Assembly: GCA_013265495.1 (NCBI GenBank)
Contig: MU057865.1
Span: 806,001-870,000 of the forward strand
DNA length: 64,000 nt
Direction: 5' to 3'
Source: Vicugna vicugna
Lineage: Eukaryota
Shown piece by piece: positions 1 to 13,090 of the stretch. Under the pieces are notes generated by a model. That model searched no databases and was not told the DNA's origin. It saw only the letters and a program-made list of their open reading frames with translations. The position numbers and the translations under genes are program-made. Every line of letters starts with the position of its first letter. Within the stretch, counting starts at the first letter, position 1.

Positions 1-916
1 GAAATGACAGGAACTTGGGTTCAAGTCCTGCCTCTGGCATTAAAATTAATCAGTGAAGTCTTGTCCATGAATAGAAATACGATGGGACCCCTGATTTAAT
101 TTTAATTCATTCAGTAAATAGATTCATAACTGAATTCCATTGGTTCTTTTTATTAAAAATTCTTGAACAGTAGTTTTTATATTCTTGGCTCTATGTAGGA
201 GCCTCCATACCAAAAGTTAAAATTATATTGAATACACATATATATTTTATAACGTCAGTTGCATTCACCCCCTGACCCTTCTTGAATGGCTCTCCGTAGT
301 TTCCAGAATACAGCTGGGTCCTCACTTCTGCTAGTTGAGGACCACCCTTAACTGACTCAAAACCATCTACTTAAACGTAACTCATCTACTCCCCAATGTA
401 ATTGCTCAGTCCAGCCACCACGGAGTCCTTAGCGTTATTTAAGCCCCCTTTACTTCCACTGCCATACGTACCACCAATCACATGGAAGTCGCATGGCGCA
501 CCAGAATGGTGCTGACTTTGAAGCAAGATGGTTCAGTTCCAAGGAGCACCATGTATTTCATAAGCCAGGCTGATGAATATTGACTTTCCGGGTTGTGATG
601 AAGACCAGAGATAAGGTGTATAACACAGGATATGGACAAAACTTAACCCGATAAATGCAAATCTATCTATGAGAGCAGAAGCTAGGAAATCAGATCACAT
701 CCAGATAATTTCGGCATGTGGCCACCTACGCTAAAGGAAAGGGCTGTGCATGCAGCCCCCTCTTCCTTTTTTCTCATACAAATTCCCTCCCAGCTCAGCT
801 CAGATCTGAGATCTTCTGAACCTAATGGTTTGCATCATGCATGCTTACATTAGTGACTTACATTGCTCTAACTTCTAAAGTTAAACAAGAGCTCAAAAAT
901 GCTAATAGCATAAAGG

Positions 917-968
917 TTTTATTTTATTTTATTTTATTTTATTTTATTTTATTTTATTTTATTTTTTT
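917..968. repeat. (TTTTA)n microsatellite
   Basis: About nine consecutive TTTTA units followed by a T run, directly visible. Confidence 0.95.
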
Positions 969-3900
969 AGTATTGACAAGGAAGAAGACCCGAAGGACAC
1001 ACTTAGGCTGTTTCAAGAATGTAATTCACATGCCTTCATTTCAAATTGTATAAATCAGGAAAATAAAAGGAAAGAAGAGGGGGGGAAACTCATTTTGAGA
1101 CTTGGATAATCTTAATTCTATTCATCTAGCATCTTGTATTTGTCAGATTTTCCTTCTTTTCCTGTTGCTGAATTTCAGATGTTCTATTTCTTAAATAAAG
1201 TAGGAAGATTGTGGTCTGATCAATAGTAGCAGAGCAGAATGGAGTCCTAAGGTAATTTTCAGGTAAGGTGAAGCAAGAAATAAAAAGCAAAACTCTCTAA
1301 AGTATGTAACTCTCTAAATAAAGCATTTTTAGGGTCTAAAGTCTCCAGATGATGCCCCCAATTCCCAGCTGGACTGTGTGTGGGAACTTGTCCTGAGCAG
1401 AGGAATTCTAAAGAAGAAAACGAGATGGCGTCACTCCTGACCTCACCTCGTCCCCTTCCCTTGCAAAGATGTGACTGAGGTTCTTCAAACAGCCTCTGGC
1501 CCCAGATGAGAGAGGACGATCAGTGTCCCAACTACAAGAGGTTTTTCTGGGGTTAATCTTACTGGTTATTGAAAGCCACCCAGGACAGTTGCTATTCATT
1601 CATTTCTTAAGGGAAAGAGGACTCTAAATTTTGCCATCCTCTTGGGACGAAATTGTGGTCCCTCACTGTACCATTTCACTTCCATCTGACTTTAGGGAGG
1701 CTGTGGGTTACAAAGACAAGCGAGCAGACAAGCAAACAAAAAATATAAGGCGAACAAGGTCTCCCAGCTGGAACACTCGCTGGCAAAATGGTGACAGATA
1801 ATGTCACCCAGATCTCTTGCTTGCCTTACCATCACCTTACTTTTTCCCCTTTGCAATTCATTTCTCAGTGTTTTAAGAAATAACTGAAAATCTGTAAGTT
1901 CATCAATTGCTTTAATTATTCATCTGCAATCCAGATTTTTATATGAATAGGCTGAATTAATAGCCACAATAAGTCTGCAAATGTCGATGAATGGCACATT
2001 ACAGATTTTATTATTTTTTGTTTTAAGAGTTTCTTGCATTTGGTGAATGGAACAGATTTTACAAAGGGAAAGAGAGAGCCCAGGCAGACGCATGTCTGCG
2101 CTCAGAGGCATTTAAAGCGAGCATAATTCCAGTCCCATCCTTTAAGAGTGGAGAGTATTGTCCTACCCATCAGCCAGGGCATTTGGCTGTGAAGTTGAAG
2201 ACAGGAATATTTAATTACCATCAGCAAACAGAAGCCCAGTGAAGAGTATTTGTGTCAGTTAGATGCCAATGGAACTAAGCTTTTCTGAGATGGAGAGGAT
2301 CGATTTAATTTTTTTTTCCCCTTCTCCAGATTTTTGCTATGACAGAATGACATACTCTTCATTTAGCCACTCAAGCAAAAGAATGACTGAGGAGCCAGTG
2401 AAGGTCAAACAGTTTTCCAGCCAGCATATGCTGTTTCAGACCGACTTAACCCACCTTAACAAAATGGCTGGACCAAAAGTTTGTCTCTGAAGACCCTAAG
2501 TGCTACCTTTCCAGAGACAACCCCCCTCTTACTTGCTCTGCCCCCCAAATACACACTGAAAGAGCACTTTCCAGAGGGTGGTTTTACGTCCTCACAAGGC
2601 CCTGCCCTCCCCTTTGTGTGCAGCGGAAGCATCTTGTGACTTTCATGGTACTTTGCTGGCGTTTCCTGGTCTCGCACCATCACTGGGCTCTGGCGTTATG
2701 TCTCATCCATGTCAGTGCGCCCCAGGGAATCAGCTTCTCTCTTTCCCTGAATGAACAAATGCTTTCCCTTAGTGAAATCTGGAAATATATGGCCTTTCTA
2801 ACAAAGTCATAAGGGAGGACTCTCCAGGAGGTGGGAACATTTACATAAAACAAAGTCTCAAAGAGTCTAGTGAATCCTTCAGTTCTGAGCTCTGTTAGGA
2901 GGCCAGGAGACACTCCTGCCTCCGACCTCTGATTCTTTAAGACTGTACATTTTTCAGTATAGCATCATACTCTTGAGAGATACATAGATGGGAGAAAATC
3001 AGGGAGGATTTGGCCGAATATTTCGTGTGCGAAAATCTGACAAAGGGCAGTAGACAGGTGAGCACAGAGGACCCTCTCATTTTGGGCTCTGTAATCCTAG
3101 ACATTATCAACTGAAGTTAGTGGGTTCTTGAAGTTTTATTTTTGTTGTCTTGAGAAGTTGCCTGCTGGCCCGCCTGCCTCAGCACAAATCCCACTTGGCT
3201 AGTTGGCCCCTGGGACCCTCTCGAGACTCTTAATTCCTTTACCAGCCTCTTGAAAAGACATGCCGTCTATTTTTATCCTTCTGTTCCCAAATTCTTCCAC
3301 TTAAAAGATGTGAAGACTCAGTGGATTCTCTCCAAATGTCTCTCAAGGTAAAAACACAGCAGTGTGTAACAGCGTGATTTGCATTTAGCTAAAGAACTTG
3401 CACAGACTTTAACTCATTCCATCCTTGGCTCTGGTTTTTCCAGATTAGAACACACAATTGATAGGTGAATGAAAAGGAAGCCTTGAGTAGTTGTATTATA
3501 TGTTCAGCTTCACCTTATAAGTCGCTGATAAACCAACAACACGGGTGGAGCTTCCTGACTCCTTGGATGGGATTTATCCTACTACGTGTTGGTGGAATGT
3601 TTCCGTTTTCAAGTCCAGCTAAGTCTTACTGATTGAAGCAGTCGTTCTTCGAGCAAGTTGTTATTCACTCCAGTTACACCCAACACTAAGATGAGAAATC
3701 CGGCCCCCACTGAGGGAGAAAGGGATGCAGCGTAAGAGCAACAGGTGTGCTGGACAGAAGCTGGCCGATGGCAGAAATTCTGTAATTCAGCAAACAACAA
3801 TTCTACCACTTAAAAAAAAGCAATGTGACATTTAGTAGCTGAACTTACCAGATAACCTTAATTTCACCACCAAGCTGGAACTGACTGAAGTTCAACAATA

Positions 3901-4121
3901 TACCCTTGAAGTAAAGAAAACATGAGGTATAAAAGAGGATGGTGCTGGCTGATTTGGGTTTTATGAATGTGCCACACATATGAAGAAACCTGGAGTGCCC
4001 TGCATCTCCCGGCTGCAGCCAGAGTCTGCTCAGCGATCTTACGTCTTTTCAGGTGCACCTGACGTGGAGGATGCAAACGCAGGCGTGGAGTTTCCTTCTC
4101 CTGGGTCATTTTCTAACAGTG

Positions 4122-4235
4122 TCACTTACTGTGAGCGTTTTACTTAATCACTCTCAGCTTGTTTTCACCTTCGTAAAATAAGGAAAAGAAAGCCTGTGTG
4201 ACCGTGGGGGAATTAAGTAAAATAATTTGCATACC
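4122..4235 (+). mobile_element. MIR SINE fragment
   Basis: cacttactgtga...tacttaatcactctcagcttgttttcaccttcgtaaaataagg resembles the MIR core (ttacttaacctctctgagcctcagtttcctcatctgtaaaatggg). Confidence 0.6.
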
Positions 4236-5311
4236 GTATTTACTGTATTATACTATTATTTTATTTTCTTTGTCCGTTCTCCTTTTTTCCCACAAAGACA
4301 AAGAAGGGGAAACCGCTAAGAAATATCGACACCATTAGTGTGAGTGAACAGACTTTTTCTAGACTTGCACCGATCTTGAATCTTCCACCAATTGACTCAG
4401 ACCACGGGCTGCTCGGTGTACTTGTTACGCACCCCATGCACCATGATGCAAAATCGCTGAGGACGTGAACGTCAGTACAATTTCAAGTAACATGTCGAGT
4501 CAGGGGAAATGTGTGTGGTATTTTAATCCAAGTGAAATCAATCTACAATAATTTTTGCTTTAAAAGAACCAAAATCACAAGAAGTGGGGCTTTGTTTGTC
4601 AGAGATGCTAAAGCACATAGGTACAAGCAGAGACTGATAAGAAAAAGATGGCCTGATGTTGGATGTTATAAAATACCCAAGACCCATTTATATGTGAGAA
4701 CTCCGAATTTTGTCTCTGCCCCAAATCCTTGCAGCATGCATCTAATATATTGTTTTGCTTTGTTTCTGTTCAAATCTCCCCTTCCTTTAGGAAAGTGCCA
4801 CACCCCACCCCAGCAGTCACATCACAACCACTGGAACTGCCACGTGAGTATAAATACTGGGCGGCTTCAGCTGACACCTTCCACACTGCCTGTGCGCAGT
4901 TTATAACGTGGATGGCGCCCCATATAATTATGTAGGCGGTGGCCCTGGTACCATAGGAACCTGCCCTTGACCACAATTGATTGATCCAGGATTTACACGA
5001 TTCAAGAACTAAATGCTACCAAAAGAAAAGGCTCATTATCCGCAGCTAGGAAAACCTAGTCATCTGACATAATTCTTCCTTTCCTAAGGTTTGGATATTC
5101 AGCACCTGCTTGGATACTCTGATAAATCCTCATATCTTTCTGGTAGTTTCTCTGTTGCTGCATAAGGTCGCGGGATTCAACTTTCCTTAACTTGAGTAAA
5201 ACAACAAAGAACCTTGACTGATAAAACCATTCTGACCTCACATAACATCCTCACACAAACCAGACATGTGGAGCAGAGGCAACGCCTATTCATTATTCAA
5301 GACCCAGATCA

Positions 5312-5490
5312 CTGTGATTGAGGATGTAGGTTCTGGATTCAAACTTCCTGCACCTACATCCTGACCCCACCATTTACTCTAAATGCATTGTGCAAAATAC
5401 TTAATTTCAGTGTCTCGGTTTCTTCATCTTTCAAATAGGAGTAACAGTAGTACCTCTTAGGGTTGGTGAGAAGGAGAAAAGATTCATACA
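5312..5490 (+). mobile_element. MIR SINE
   Basis: ttctggattcaaac...tacttaatttcagtgtctcggtttcttcatctttcaaataggagtaacagtagtacctcttagggttggtgaga matches the MIR head and core. Confidence 0.75.
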
Positions 5491-5787
5491 TACTTTACTC
5501 TTTATAAAGTCAGTTGTTATTATTCAGACCCTGGGAAGTCATCTGAAATTTCTCCCATTGATTCTCCAAACCCACATTTGATATAATTAGCTCTTGTGTC
5601 TATTTCACTTTTACCCCGAATGCCCAGCCAGAATAATGTCGGTCAGATAACAGTGCTCGATAGATACATCTGGAAAAAAAGTAATTAGCAAAATTACTGA
5701 AGAACCACTGTACAAAATCACATTCTGCTGTTCATAAGTACGTTTTTCCCCTCTCTCATAACAGACACAAACATTTCTCTTTTTTCC

Positions 5788-6105
5788 CATTTATTCATGC
5801 ACCTATTTGGCAAATATGTGGGTAGAAGGCTACAGTGTGGTATGTTCTGTGGAAATAGAAAATGAATAACAATCTCTCTCCTCTAAAGCAGTTTGCAATC
5901 CACGAGGGGATAAAGCAGGTACCCAGATTGCCGTAATATAAAGTGCAAGGTGATGGGTTTTATAATAGAGGCCCTAGGAAATTGCCATAAGATCTAGAAG
6001 ATGTAGAGATCATTTTAGGCTGCAAAGCTTGAAAAAGACTTCAGGGAGGAAGTGCATGTGAGGTTGTTCTTAGAGAAATGAGTATGCTTTCAATAGACAG
6101 AGAAA
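5788..6105 (-). mobile_element. L2 LINE 3' fragment
   Basis: Starts with a catttattca-type tail, followed by degenerate antisense L2-like text (aaatagaaaatgaataacaatctctctcctctaaagcagtttgcaatc; aaagacttcagggaggaagtgcatgtgagg). Confidence 0.55.
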
Positions 6106-6574
6106 ATATTTCCTCAAATGGGAAAGGTCTGCAGGTTAATGAGTTTCTGCTAAGTGTGACTATCACCGACAGTTCCTGTCTGTCAGATGGACTTTGAGGA
6201 ATGCAACCACAGTCTTGGCTTGGGTTAGATAAAGGCAGAGGTCATGTGGAGAGATCTCCGTTTTCTTAGGCTTCTGCTTTTCCAATGAACCACTTTAACA
6301 CTACCTAAAATCTCTGCAGATTGAAAAAAATATGTTTTAGTTTTACTCTGAACAGATATCAGTGTTACAAAAATAATTTGGATACCCATTATGAATAATG
6401 ATGATGCAGGTGACATTCTCTTTGAGTTGTCTTCTCAATATTGGCTGTAGTTCTTTGTAGGAAAAAAAATCACCCTCTGAGATTCTTCCTAGAAATAATA
6501 TAATCTAACACATATGTAATGAGTGCCTACTGTGTACCAGACAGGTGCGCCATTGGATTTTTTGGGTCAAGAAT

Positions 6575-8981
6575 ATTTGATTGAAGTATAATTTACGGTC
6601 AGTGAAAAGTGCGTATTTAAAGGGAGCGAGTTCATTGATTTTAACAAATGCACTGTGCCTGTGTATCTTATCCCATGACTCTCTCAGGATAGAGAACATT
6701 CTATCATGCCAAAGAGTTTTCCTTCCCTGCAACTTCCCGATTTCTTTTATGGTAGATTCATTTTGTCTATTCAGATATTTCTTGGAAATGAAATCATGCT
6801 GTGTTCTTTTGTGTCTTATTCTTTCACTCAGTATACTTTTTGGAGATTCATCTATGTTGCCTCATATATCAGGAGTTCCTTTTCATCTCTGCATATTATT
6901 CCCTTGTGTAACTAAAACATAATATATTTTTAATCTGTTTTCCCACTGATGGGCATTTAGATTGTTTTTAGCTCTTAGCTATTGTGACTAAAGTTGCGAT
7001 GCACATTTTTTGACACTTTTTTTTTGTGGATATAGCATTTCTTTTGGGTAAATATCTAACCGGGTGATTGTTGGATCATAGAATATATACATATTTAACT
7101 TTATAAGAAATTAAAGTTTTACACTTCAACGAACAATGTTTGAGAGCTGGTTTCCTCAACATCCTTTCTCTGATGTTATCAGTATTTTTAATTTTAGCCC
7201 TTCGGGTGGGTGTACAGTAAGTGTCTCAGTGGGATTTCATTTTATGTTTCCCTGAGAAAAGGTAATGTTGAGTGCTTTATCAGACTGTTATTATAGCTTG
7301 GTGTATTTTTATTCATGAAGTGCCTGTTAAAGTTTTTCACACATTTAAAAAATCAGATTGTCTTTTTATATTAACTCTTCTAAGTTGTTTATTCTGGACA
7401 AGCCTTTAGTCACATATATGTATTACAAATATTTTTTCCCAATATGTGGTTTAGTTTTTCATTTTCTTAACAATGACTCTTAATGAGCAGATTTTTTAAA
7501 TTTTATAAAGAAAAATTTATTTGTTTTTAATTATGGTTATGCTTGTGTCCTGTCTAAGAAATCATCGCCTACCCTATGGTCTCCTATTTTTCTTCTAGAG
7601 CTTTATAGATGTAACTTTAAGTTTAGGGTTATAAGCCATCGAGAATTTAATTTTTGCATGGCATGCGGTAGAGGTTAAAGTTCTGTGTGTGTCTCTCTTT
7701 CCCGTAGAGCTGTGTAGTGGCTCCCAGATATTTTGTCTTCATTGCATTGCTTTCACATTTTGAAACCGGTTGAACAAATACAATAGGTCTATTTCTGAAA
7801 TTACCAGTCTCTTCCGTTAATCTATTTGCATTTCTTTATGCAATACCGCATTGCCTAATGTAGTTTATAATTGATCTGAGTGTCAGTAGCATAATCCTCC
7901 AGATTCGTTCTTTCTCAGGATGACTTTGCCCACAATAGGTCCCTTGCATTTCCACTTAAATTTTAGACACAGTTTATCAGTTTCTACAAAACACCTGCTG
8001 TGATTTTTGAGATTGCATTGAATCCATAGAATAATTTGTGGAGAAGAGACATCTAAATACTGTCATTTCTACTCTGTAAAATGTATCCAGAACCTCTTCA
8101 GTTTCTCTTAGTAAAGTTTTTTGTTTTATTTTTTTAGTTTTCAGTGTGCAAATGCTGCATATATTTTGTTAAAGTTATTCATTTCTATTTTACTCATTTT
8201 TGTTCTGTGATAAATAGCATTCTCTACTTAATTTTTTTAAATACTTTTAAATATTTTTAAAATACTCATAGAATTATGTTGAATTTTATGTATTAATCTT
8301 GTGTCCTACAACTTGGCTAAATTCACTTATTAATTCTAGTACTGTTTTTTATAGATTGCTTAAGTTTCCTACATAAATTATCAATTGTATATGAAGAAAT
8401 CATTTTCACATTCCTTCAAATTTATGTCTTTTATTTTTGCGTGTTTTTAGTTGAATATGCTTAAAAGTCTAGTACCTTGCTAAATAGAAGTGGTGAGATG
8501 TAAACCCCTTTCTCTACTTTTGATTTTACATACGAAGTTAGCTGCAGGTTTTGCCAAGATGCTCTTTATGAGGTTGAAGAAAATTTTATCTTAGTTTTGT
8601 CATAGTTTTCTGATTGTTTATTTAGTTTTTTAGTCATAAAGGGATATTGAATTTTTCCAGTGTTTTCTGCATCTATTGAGACAGCAAGTGATTTTTCTCT
8701 TATTTTTGCTGATGTGGTGTATAACATGGGTATATTTTTGAATGCTAATAAAACCATGCATTTCTAGAATCAACTTCACTTGGTTATTATGTATGAGTCT
8801 CCATAAATATTGCTGGATTTAGTTTGGGAATATATTATTAATAATAATTCTTATTCAGGTTCATGAGGGATATTGGTAATTTTGTTCTCTTGTAATGATC
8901 TTGCCTGGATGTAGCGTCAGGGTTATACTGACCTCATAAAATGAATTTGGAAGTGTTTCCTTTTTCCTCCAGTTTCTGAAG
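6575..8981 (-). mobile_element. Old LINE-1 (L1M-type) 3'UTR and ORF2 remnant
   Basis: T-rich antisense L1 text throughout. The minus-strand ORF 8566..8757 reads SIDAENTGKIQYPFMTKKLNK, homologous to the L1 ORF2 reverse-transcriptase segment [23 protein letters not shown]. Many stops and frameshifts. Confidence 0.9.
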
Positions 8982-10420
8982 TTTGAACAGCTTCTTTTAC
9001 CTTGTCTTCAGGTTTGCTGATCTTTTTCTTCTGCAGCTTCCATTCAATTTTATAATTTTATACATAATTTCAGATATTATAGGTTACAATTCTAAAATTT
9101 CCATTTGGATTTTTATATATGATTTCTATTTCTCTACTGATATATTCTGTTTTCCTTCATCATATTTTTTCTTTCTTTACACTCTTGAACAAAAATTCTA
9201 GCAGCCCTTTTTAAAGCCTTCTATGGTCAGTTCCATCACCCCATGATCTATTTCTCCTGGCTTTAATTTTCTTTTTTCTTCTTTTAGTTATAGGTTTTAT
9301 TCTCTCACTTCTTCATGTGTCTAGTAAGTTTTAATTGTGTGCTAGATATTGTAATTTCTATGTTGTTGAATATCTAAATTTTGATATTTTTCTTTTCATA
9401 GTATCAAGTTTTACTTGGACAAGAAGTTAGTTTACGTACAAAATAGCTTACTTCTTTAAAGGCTTGTTTTTATTATTATTTTTCTTGAAGTATAATTGAT
9501 TTACAATAGTGTGTTAATTTGAGGTGTATAGAATAGTGATTCAGTATGTTTGCAAATTATATTACATTGTTGGTTATTGCAAGATAACGGGTCTAATTCC
9601 CTGTGGTATACAGTAGGTCCTTGTAGAGTAGTTTATATCTGTTAATCCCATACCCCTAATTTGTCCCTCCCCTCTTCCTTCTCCTCATTGGTAACCACAA
9701 GTTTGTTTTCCATATCTGTGAGTCTGTTTGAGAATACCATACTTGCAAAATAAGTCAGATGAAGTCAAATACTATATAATGTCACTTATACCTAGAGTTT
9801 AAAGGCATGATTTGAATTAGAATAGACTGAGTCTGGTTTAGCCTTTACTCTAGGGTCAGATAAGTTCTGCTCCAAAGGTTTGGTCTTTCTGGGATCTCTG
9901 CTGAACACATTAGCTATTCCATAACTTCTCTTTACTCTGCCTGTGAGAGCTCAAAATCTCCCAGTCCTATTTAGCCCTGGAAAGTGTTTTGGCCACAGCT
10001 CCGCAATAACGATTATTTCCATGGTGATGCTTTGTAAGAATTTCATCCTGCACATGCTTTGATTAGCAATAATTTAAAGACTCGGGGGGCCCTCTGTAAG
10101 TTTCTGGAGCTTTTCCTGTCTGAAACCATGCCCTGTTAATTTGAGCCACCTTCACAACCCCAAATTCTGATCTTTATCCCTTGTCTCATGATGTAAGATC
10201 ATTATGCTCGATTTGTGCATCTCACATACTGTGGTCTGGAAAGAGTGTCCAGGCAGAAATCCTGGGCAATTCTGGAGATCTCTTGTTGTTTATCTTCTTT
10301 GGGGGTTGCAGTCACGTATGACTTCTTATCCTTTTTATGTAAACAGTGTGTTTCCTATGTTTTGCTCAATTTTATAATTGAGAAGGCTATTCTGGTATAA
10401 ATTATTCCATTATAACTATA
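8982..10420 (-). mobile_element. Further degenerate L1 sequence (probably 5'/ORF1 region), interrupted by a younger L1 at 9471-9797
   Basis: Continues the T-rich antisense L1-like composition (tttccatttggatttttatatatgatttctatttctctactg). Family assignment is by recall only. Confidence 0.55.
9471..9797 (-). mobile_element. Short 5'-inverted (twin-primed) LINE-1 insertion with TSD
   Basis: 9471-9730 is an antisense artiodactyl-type L1 3' end (ttgaagtataattgatttacaat...ggtaaccacaagtttgttttccatatctgtgagtctgttt). 9731-9797 is the upstream L1 segment in the opposite orientation. Flanked by tttaaaggcttgtttt (9455-9470) and tttaaaggcatgattt (9798-9813). Confidence 0.8.
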
Positions 10421-11159
10421 AGAAAAATCTCCATTGGATTTTATGAAATGCCTGGCGAAGACTAGTGGTGTGGTATATGGCTAGAGAGTTATGGTAAATA
10501 ACGTAACCAAACCTAAGTAAACTGATAGGCTCAAAAGTGAACTTACAATGGTTAATTGGATGGGAAAATACAATCACTGGAATCGTTATCACATGAGGAT
10601 CATGTGCTATTGCATTTTTTTTTTAACTCTACCACAGAAAAGCTATATGAAGGTCTGGAAGACAACAAAAACACATGTGTGTCACGTGTCCTTTTTTGAT
10701 GACTCTTCCCTCTGAAATTTGAAAGGCAGTAGGTCTAGCATATAGTTTGTCACATCAAAAATTTACATCATAATCATTTTATCATAATATGCCTCTTTAA
10801 TTGTGCTTTCCTAAGGAGAACAGAATTAGGCCTGACCGAGATGATGATCAGAGAAATGGAAGTTGAATGCTCTGGTGTGAGGAATATTTATTTCTTCTAG
10901 GGAACGTTAATGGTCCATTGTCCACAGATTTAATTCAGCTGGTCCTTCTAAGCTTTATGCATCAGAAATATCCACTTCGTTGTTATTCCTCTACATGGAC
11001 AAAGGGTTAAGTCATGCTAGTTCTAATGATATTTTCTTATGGATTGACTTCTAAGGCAGAAAGCTTGTTCCTCAAAATAGGACTCTTACATGTAAATCTT
11101 CAGGTTATGGATATAATGCAGATTTTTAGAGTGTCATGATTTTCAACTACGCTATGCAA

Positions 11160-11410
11160 AATAGAGTAAAGAATACAGAGCTTTCATGTTAAATAGATCT
11201 GGATTCTAGTCTTGGCACGTGAGTTCAAAGTTTTGTGATGGGGAAATTTCCTTTGCCTCGCTCACACTTGGTTTCTACATCTATGAAATTGGAGTTATGC
11301 AAATACTTATCCTGAAAAATTCTTTTGGGAAATAAATGAGGTCACATGTGTGAAACACTTAGTAGAGTGCCAAGTACTTGCTAAACACTAAACAGACATT
11401 TACTGTATTT
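11160..11410 (+). mobile_element. Near full-length MIR SINE
   Basis: agatctggattctagtcttggcac...ggtttctacatctatgaaattggag...aaatgaggtcacatgtgtgaaacacttagtagagtgccaagtac follows MIR order from head to tail. Confidence 0.75.
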
Positions 11411-11516
11411 TCAATGTATTAAAACAAGTGAATATAATGAGGTAACAAGTGGTAAAACTGAGAAATTATCTATGTAAATATATGTAAACCTACATTCAAA
11501 AGCTAATTCTAGCAAG

Positions 11517-11968
11517 TGTGTTGGTTAATTTTGTGTGTAAACTAGTCGAGCATCATTATTCTCAGTTTGTCTGTGTGGGTATTTCTCAGTGAGGTTAAGA
11601 TTTGAATCAGCAGACTGAGTAAAGCAGGTTGCCGTCTTGAATGTGGGTGGGCCTTGTCCAATCAGTTGAAGACTCGAATAAAACCAAAAGGCTGAAAAAT
11701 AGCGAACTCCTCTTTCCTAACTGCGTAAGTTGGGACATCAGTCATTTCCTGCCTTCAGAATTTAACTGGAAAATCAACTCGTCTTGGGCTTTAAGCCTGC
11801 TGGCTTTCAAAATGGAGCTACATCATTAACTCTCCTGGGTCTCCAGTTTGCTGACTGCAGATATGGGGACTTCTTGGCCTCCTAACTGCATAAGCCAATT
11901 CCTTATAATAAATCTCTTTCTCTCTATAGGTTCCATTGATTCTATTTCTGAGAATTCTAACTCATACA
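11517..11968 (+). mobile_element. Solo LTR, ERVL MLT2-like
   Basis: TG...CA ends (tgtgttggttaattttgtgtg ... ctaactcataca). Internal gaatcagcagactgagtaaagcag, gtgggtgggcct..ccaatcagttgaag and aataaatctc are typical of MLT2. 5-bp TSD-like flanks gcaag / gctag. Confidence 0.85.
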
Positions 11969-12268
11969 GCTAGTCTGTAATGTTGGTTGTTCACCCAAGT
12001 TCCCACGGATCATGAGGAGAGTGGAATTTTCTGCATTTCCAGGTGCCAAAGACCCACAGCATCCAGACCTATGTCCTGTTGTCTGCGGCAATTCTTCCTT
12101 TACTGCTGTTACTTTGAAAATAAAAAGGATGATGGCATATTTATTTACATGTTCTGAGAGGTCATAAAGTAAATAGCCTGGGCGGTGGGGGGGAGAGGGC
12201 TGGATAGAACCGCACCAAGAAACAATTGTTTTTCTCTTTGAGACCCACAGGATGAATTTCTAATGGGA

Positions 12269-12282
12269 CCAGCAGGGGGCCA
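12269..12282 (+). promoter_or_regulatory. Candidate CTCF site
   Basis: ccagcagggggcca matches the CTCF core CCASYAGRKGGC. Motif match only. Confidence 0.4.
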
Positions 12283-12769
12283 GCCCATTTCTGACTTAAA
12301 ATGCGTTTGCCTTGTGGATTTATTCATCCTTTTACGATACCGAACTGTCTTAGTCACCCTCAGAAACAAAGCTGAGATCATTTTGAAGGCATTAAGGTGA
12401 GAGGTCAGGTGCGATGATTCCTCAGGCACGTTTAAACTGCCCGATCGTCAGGCAAGTCAGCACTTCCTAAAGTGGCACAGGTTACCGGAGACACTGTGCC
12501 ACGCTGACTCTGATGCTGAGAAACAGAACTCGAAAGCACACATGAAATACTGCAATAATAAATGACAGCTTCTTTCTTTAAAGGACGTTTTTTGAGATGC
12601 ACTCCCCTGATGAAGGGGAAGATAAACGCATGCTGTCTGATATATTTCTCATGTCGACTAAGGGCCTTGGTTCTGTATCTGAGCCCCGATCCCGGACAGC
12701 AGGCCTGCCCTGCCCTAGTTTAGCATCAGAGTTTAGCTCACGCTACGTCCTCCTTACTTTAAAATAATA

Positions 12770-13090
12770 AATAATCATTGAGTTCCATCCATTTACTAAG
12801 TCTTGTTTTAAGTATGTTAAGGATATAAATGTGACCAGGATACAATTCCCCCTCTCAAAGCAGCTCGTAATTCACTGGAACATTTATCGGTCACCCTTAT
12901 ATGGCAGGTTGCGTCCTAGGTAAAGGGGATACATAGATATAAATGGCCCATTCCTTGCTCTTGATAAATACCTACTGAGGGAGAGACACATGAAATAAAC
13001 AGAAGTATATTTCTATAAAATAGAAGTATATGCGAGGAGCCCAGAAAGAGTGAGTGAGTGATTCAGGCTGGAACAGGAGATAGACTGGGT
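12770..13090 (-). mobile_element. L2 fragments
   Basis: Two degenerate antisense L2 tail-like segments (catttactaagtc...caattccccctctcaaagcagctc; aacatttatcggtcacccttatatggcaggttgcgtcctagg). Confidence 0.45.

Noticed and set aside
8566..8757. Reverse-transcriptase-like ORF as part of an active or novel retro-system
   Set aside because: It is a short frameshifted remnant of an ordinary ancient L1 ORF2.
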